From an uncultured bacterium (GTDB lineage: Bacteria; Oederibacteriota; Oederibacteriia; Oederibacteriales; Oederibacteriaceae), in assembly GCA_965112635.1 (NCBI GenBank), contig OZ218778.1:2368001-2432000 (forward strand): a stretch of 64,000 nucleotides of DNA, written 5' to 3'. Shown here piece by piece: positions 59,870 to 64,000 of the stretch (position 1 is the stretch's first letter; each line of letters opens with the position of its first letter). The position numbers and the translations under genes are program-made. The notes under the pieces were generated by a model. The model saw nothing but the letters and a program-made list of their open reading frames with translations, did not search any database and was not told the DNA's origin.

Positions 59870-62584
59870 TTATTCTCCCTTATCCGCTGGGGCCTGCCGG
59901 CTGACCGTGACCTCCACGGCCTGGGTCCCTTGCTGCCGGCCCTCGACAAATATCCTGGCTAGCACACTGTACTTCCCTTCCGGTAAAAATGAAGAGGCGT
60001 TCAGCTTGAACCGGACCGGCAATTTTTCCCCGCTCCTCAAATAAAAGCTTTGGCCAACCGGTTCAATATTCAAAAGATCGACGCCTGGCACGCCCTGCCA
60101 AGCCTGCCAGGGCAGGTCCAGAGTAACATAGCCATTGATATACTCTTCGGTAAGGTTTTCCAAGGTTATCTGAAAGCCTGCTTCATCACCGGCACTCAAA
60201 GCCACTGGATCTTCCTGCAGGTTGGTGCTGACCTCCTCCGGTAACTGCTTGGCATCTCCAGGGATAAAATCAGCCACAGCCCTGATCTCCTGCTTGCCGT
60301 CAAACAAGTCAGCCTTTAGTCTGGCCCAGGGCTGGACCGCTCCAGTCTCCTTTGACTTTTTTATCTGCACATGGATGGGATAGGTACTGAATTCGCCGGA
60401 TTTTAGTTTGCACCTGATCTCTGTGGGCTTGACCACCCATCCTCTGGGATACGATAGCACGACTGATTCGTCCAGGTCTTTTAAAGAATTGTTGTTGACC
60501 TTCAGGGTCAGGTCCGCGGTCTCGTTGAAATGCCTGACCTGCGGTTCCGTGAAACCCATGAAAACAGGCTGCCCTCCCAGGGGCGGCAGCTCCAAGGCTC
60601 CCCTTTCCCAATAGTCTGGATAAACAGGCTGCAGCGTCTCTTTTTCGGGCCCCAGGCACGGCCAGCTTTTCTTGCGCTTAAGGGCATTGTCAAAATTCAG
60701 CAGGAAACGTCCCCTCGCGCCGTTAGCCAGGGAAAGGGTGAATTTTTTGTCTGAAACATCCAAAACCGCCGTGTCACCGCCCTCTTTGTTCACGTTTTCC
60801 TGGGAGTCCACCAGGTCCGCCCGGCGGATCTTTTTCCAAAATTTCAATTCGGCCGTGGCTTTCTTGCCTTCCTGCTCTGCCAATTCCAGGACGATGCCGG
60901 CCTTGTCGCTCATGTCTTTCTTTTCCTGGGCAAAAGAGAAAAACCCGCTCAACTTGAGGGACCTGACCTCGACATTAGCCGGACTGGCTGAAATGAAACT
61001 GAGCTCATTGGGCAATTCTCCCATTTTCCAGGGCACCGACACGCCGGGCAGGAAGGGCTGCCTGAAAAGTTCCGCCGGTGAAATGGCGAATTGGGGTCCG
61101 CTGGACTCTTCGATATCTTTCTTTTTGGTCGGGACCAGGTAATAGACCCTGCATCCCAATGCCGGCACGTCATCGGCCTTGAAATAGACCAGGCGCTGTT
61201 TGGGGCCTTTTTCCAGGATCTTGTACGGGATTTGGTTCGCCTTGCGGTCCAGCATCAGGAACGGCTTGCCAAAAAAGATCTTGTTAGAAAGTTCGAACAG
61301 ACAAGCGCCGCCCTGAGAACTGGAAGAAGGATTGAAGACCACCACGGCGTGGCCTACCCCGTGATAGATGTTCCTGTTGGCCGTATGGATTTTGGAGCAA
61401 ATGAACTGCAGCGAATTCGCTAAAATCTCCTGGCTCAATTCATAGCTGGCCTGCAGCAAATCCTTCCTGTTTTTTGGAGCTCCCAGCCACAAAGTCCGCC
61501 AGGCTTTGTCCAAGGCAGCCCTGGGGTAGTTCCGGCCTCCCACGACCCAAGCCAGGGTCGCGAACTTTTCAGCGGTCAGCAACCGGCCTTCGCAGAACTG
61601 GACCAGGTCAGGTTCTATGCCGGCGGTCTTGGTCAAGCCCGGACCGCTGGAGGTCTTGGGGGATGGCCACGCCGCTTTCGCCGCTGCAGGGATTTGGTCC
61701 AAGCCGGCCAAAGCGACCCCCGGGAGATTGTTCAGCTTGTTCCATTCGGCCACCTGCTGCAGCAAAGCCGTGGGGTCAAAAACATCCTGTCCAATATTGG
61801 AAAAAAGCAGGAACGGCCTGGTCAGGTCGGGATCAGCCGCCCGGTAAATTTCATCAAGCGCCTGCTCGTTCTGGACATTCACCACAGACTGGCTTGATAG
61901 TCCTGCCCATTGTTGTAAAAGCGGGAAAAGCGCTCCCATTTCATTGATTTGCAATTTGCTTCCTGGCCCAGTGCTAAAAAACCAGGAACGGGCTCCCCCG
62001 GTAAGGCTAGGCCTGACCACGAAAAGCCTCTGTATCCCCTGCTGTCCCAGCAAAGAAAGCATCGAAGTCTGGGGAGGCGGGGTGTCCGCGATAGCCAAAA
62101 CAGGATTAAGACCCAGAAAAGACTTTTGCATGCTTCCCAATTGGCCAAGTTCCCGGCCCAGGGCCTCGGAACCCATATTCCAGTAAAGGAACTTCCCGGT
62201 CGCAGCCGGGAGAATGGCCTTCCCCTGCTGGCAGGCCAGTTTCAGGGCCTGCCTCTCCTCGGGATACGCCTGCCAAAAGGCCTCCAAAAGTTCGTAGGAA
62301 CCAATCAAAAAGACATAGGGGTTCTGCGAAGACAGGTTGAGCTGGTTATCCAGGCTTTCCATTCTGCTTTTCAAATCTTCGCCGCTGGGAAAGTTATAAA
62401 GGAAAATGGCTGCCCCTGAGGGCAATGGCTTGGGTGCCGCCGTAGCGGTCAGACTGACCGGATTGGAATCGTCTCCCCGCAGGATGCCGCTAAAACACGG
62501 GCTTAACAATGCCATTAAAATCAAAACGCAAACGGTTTTTTGCATTGGGCTCTTGGCCAAGGGCAAGGTGTTCCGCCTGTTCAA
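59870..62584 (-). CDS. Exported degenerate GH38 alpha-mannosidase-like protein with C-terminal Ig/NEW3-like domains
   Basis: [36 protein letters not shown] and QPVY..YW; the GH38 Zn-ligand motifs were not found. Confidence 0.55.
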   Translation of the reverse strand: MNRRNTLPLAKSPMQKTVCVLILMALLSPCFSGILRGDDSNPVSLTATAAPKPLPSGAAIFLYNFPSGEDLKSRMESLDNQLNLSSQNPYVFLIGSYELLEAFWQAYPEERQALKLACQQGKAILPAATGKFLYWNMGSEALGRELGQLGSMQKSFLGLNPVLAIADTPPPQTSMLSLLGQQGIQRLFVVRPSLTGGARSWFFSTGPGSKLQINEMGALFPLLQQWAGLSSQSVVNVQNEQALDEIYRAADPDLTRPFLLFSNIGQDVFDPTALLQQVAEWNKLNNLPGVALAGLDQIPAAAKAAWPSPKTSSGPGLTKTAGIEPDLVQFCEGRLLTAEKFATLAWVVGGRNYPRAALDKAWRTLWLGAPKNRKDLLQASYELSQEILANSLQFICSKIHTANRNIYHGVGHAVVVFNPSSSSQGGACLFELSNKIFFGKPFLMLDRKANQIPYKILEKGPKQRLVYFKADDVPALGCRVYYLVPTKKKDIEESSGPQFAISPAELFRQPFLPGVSVPWKMGELPNELSFISASPANVEVRSLKLSGFFSFAQEKKDMSDKAGIVLELAEQEGKKATAELKFWKKIRRADLVDSQENVNKEGGDTAVLDVSDKKFTLSLANGARGRFLLNFDNALKRKKSWPCLGPEKETLQPVYPDYWERGALELPPLGGQPVFMGFTEPQVRHFNETADLTLKVNNNSLKDLDESVVLSYPRGWVVKPTEIRCKLKSGEFSTYPIHVQIKKSKETGAVQPWARLKADLFDGKQEIRAVADFIPGDAKQLPEEVSTNLQEDPVALSAGDEAGFQITLENLTEEYINGYVTLDLPWQAWQGVPGVDLLNIEPVGQSFYLRSGEKLPVRFKLNASSFLPEGKYSVLARIFVEGRQQGTQAVEVTVSRQAPADKGE

Positions 62585-62862
62585 TCCAGGATCCTAGGTA
62601 CTTTAAAGAAATTATGGTCCGGGTCCGGAGCGTTTTTGAGCGCTTCGGCCTGAGGCAGAGAAGGCGTCACGTGGTCCTCTCTCCATACGTTGGTGAGGGG
62701 TAGGGCATGGGCCGTGGGCTCCACTCCTTCCACGGAAAGTTCGTTCAAGCGCTCCATGTGACCCAAAATCTTGGAAAGCTGGTCGCTATATTTGAGTTTT
62801 TCCTCGTCGGTCAAAGCCAGCCGGGCCAGCTTGGCCACATGGTCGATCTCTTCTTTTTTCAA
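62581..62862 (-). CDS. gatC: Asp/Glu-tRNA amidotransferase subunit C
   Basis: Motifs HVAKLARL, VEPTAH, NVWRED and FFKVPRI. Confidence 0.96.
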   Translation of the reverse strand: MKKEEIDHVAKLARLALTDEEKLKYSDQLSKILGHMERLNELSVEGVEPTAHALPLTNVWREDHVTPSLPQAEALKNAPDPDHNFFKVPRILD

Positions 62863-62981
62863 AGTTTATCCTCATCTTTAGCATGATGGCTTTTCGTTGA
62901 AAGATATTATCATAACACGGCACTGGTGAAGTTCAAGATGGGAGGCTGGCGGGCCATGAGAGCGCGAGACCGGAAAACGGA

Positions 62982-64000
62982 CTATTTAGCCTTGGGAAGG
63001 CGATCCAAAAAACTCCTGTCGATCTGGTAAGCTTCGCCTGGGTCCTGGGATCTGATCCAGACCTTGGTATTGTCAGCGGAATTCTTTCCGACGACCAGGG
63101 AGCACTTGGTGGCAGGCGAACCGCTTATAACCCAGGTAATGGTGGCCTGGGGTTTGGACCATCCCGCCTGGGCTTCGGTAACGCTTTTGGCGTCAACGGC
63201 TTTGCTGTACTCCATGGCATATAGCTCATAGACCAGGCTGTTGATCTGGTTGGGGTCGATCTTCGCCTTCGGCTCGGCGGTCACGGACCACAGGTTGTTC
63301 TTGCCCCGTTTAGCTTTGAGATGCAGGGCGGGGGTGGTCATTTCCAGGTTGTCCGCCTGGTTTATGTCCATATGAAAGATTTTCTTGTCCATCAGTTCGT
63401 CCTGTTTAGCGTTGAACGCGTTGATGATGTATTCCTGCACCTTGACGCAGTCGGAAACCGCGGAACGGGTGGCGTAGTAGACCTTGGCGTTCTTTTCCTG
63501 GACCTGCGCGAAAGAAATGCTCTGCTTGTCCTTGCCCTGCCAGAAATCGATGGTCTTGAGTGGCTTGTTCAAATGGTAGGTGGCGGGCGAGGTCAAAGGC
63601 TCCTGCTCGAACGAGGCGGCTGTTCCGTGGGCCAGGGTGCGCAAACCCGATTTGATCCTGTCGTTATTGGCCAGATGACGGAAGGGTTTGGTGATATACC
63701 AGGTCCCCGCTTTTTTCTCCAGGACAAAGGACTTGTCCCCTTCCGCGAGCTGTATCTTGTCCACCGCATCCTCCTGGATAGAAAGCAGGGACTTGTCCCT
63801 GAGGTCATATAAACTTTTATCAAGGTTGTTCTTGGTGGTAATGGAGATTTCATGCACGGCCTTGTAATCCCTGAGTTTCATGTAGTTCATGGTGTTGGAG
63901 GGATTGCTGTCGCCGATCAGGATGGCTGTTTTGGTCTTATTGTCCGCGGTCGATAGCTGGATGGTCAGATAGGGCTTTTTGAGTCCGTAAATGCTCAGGT
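62982..64000 (-). CDS. DUF4340-domain protein, 5' end outside the window
   Basis: The frame is open to the window edge (YGLKKP..ILIGDSNP); repeated LRDK..W.I..P and YxL.KP units. Confidence 0.75.
   Translation of the reverse strand, partial: LSIYGLKKPYLTIQLSTADNKTKTAILIGDSNPSNTMNYMKLRDYKAVHEISITTKNNLDKSLYDLRDKSLLSIQEDAVDKIQLAEGDKSFVLEKKAGTWYITKPFRHLANNDRIKSGLRTLAHGTAASFEQEPLTSPATYHLNKPLKTIDFWQGKDKQSISFAQVQEKNAKVYYATRSAVSDCVKVQEYIINAFNAKQDELMDKKIFHMDINQADNLEMTTPALHLKAKRGKNNLWSVTAEPKAKIDPNQINSLVYELYAMEYSKAVDAKSVTEAQAGWSKPQATITWVISGSPATKCSLVVGKNSADNTKVWIRSQDPGEAYQIDRSFLDRLPKAK

Overview
A 64-kb chromosomal segment from a probably diderm bacterium (DnaK carries the diderm-type N-terminal insert); I cannot assign the lineage from sequence alone. 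Most genes are on the minus strand. Housekeeping content: murI/GerMN/amidase/PrsA, glnA, a merged murA-lepA-lepB-hemW-groES-groEL-hrcA-grpE-dnaK-dnaJ block, gatCAB, a cold-shock gene and five tRNAs (Lys-CUU, Arg-CCG, Arg-UCU, Arg-UCG, His-GUG). Accessory content: secreted Pro/Thr-rich surface proteins, two GT-C-like membrane proteins and a polyol/pentose catabolic cluster. I saw no transposase, integrase, reverse transcriptase or CRISPR array. Best leads: (1) a complete nitrogen-control module read directly from the DNA, with a GAF-GAF-ANTAR gene, a promoter and a twin-hairpin ANTAR target overlapping a terminator in front of a glnA whose adenylylation Tyr is replaced by Phe; (2) three tandem paralogous lectin-like/PT-linker/DUF11-like exported proteins downstream of a GT-C-TPR gene, the middle one apparently mosaic; (3) an uncalled GIY-YIG nuclease frame with no canonical start, in frame directly after the UGA of an SRAP gene; (4) an orphan ~110-nt structured RNA candidate; (5) a 43-bp duplication of the tRNA-Arg(UCG) 3' end flanking a structured insert; (6) a GH38-like protein lacking its catalytic motifs, inserted between gatC and gatA. 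All family calls come from motif recognition by eye, not database searches.
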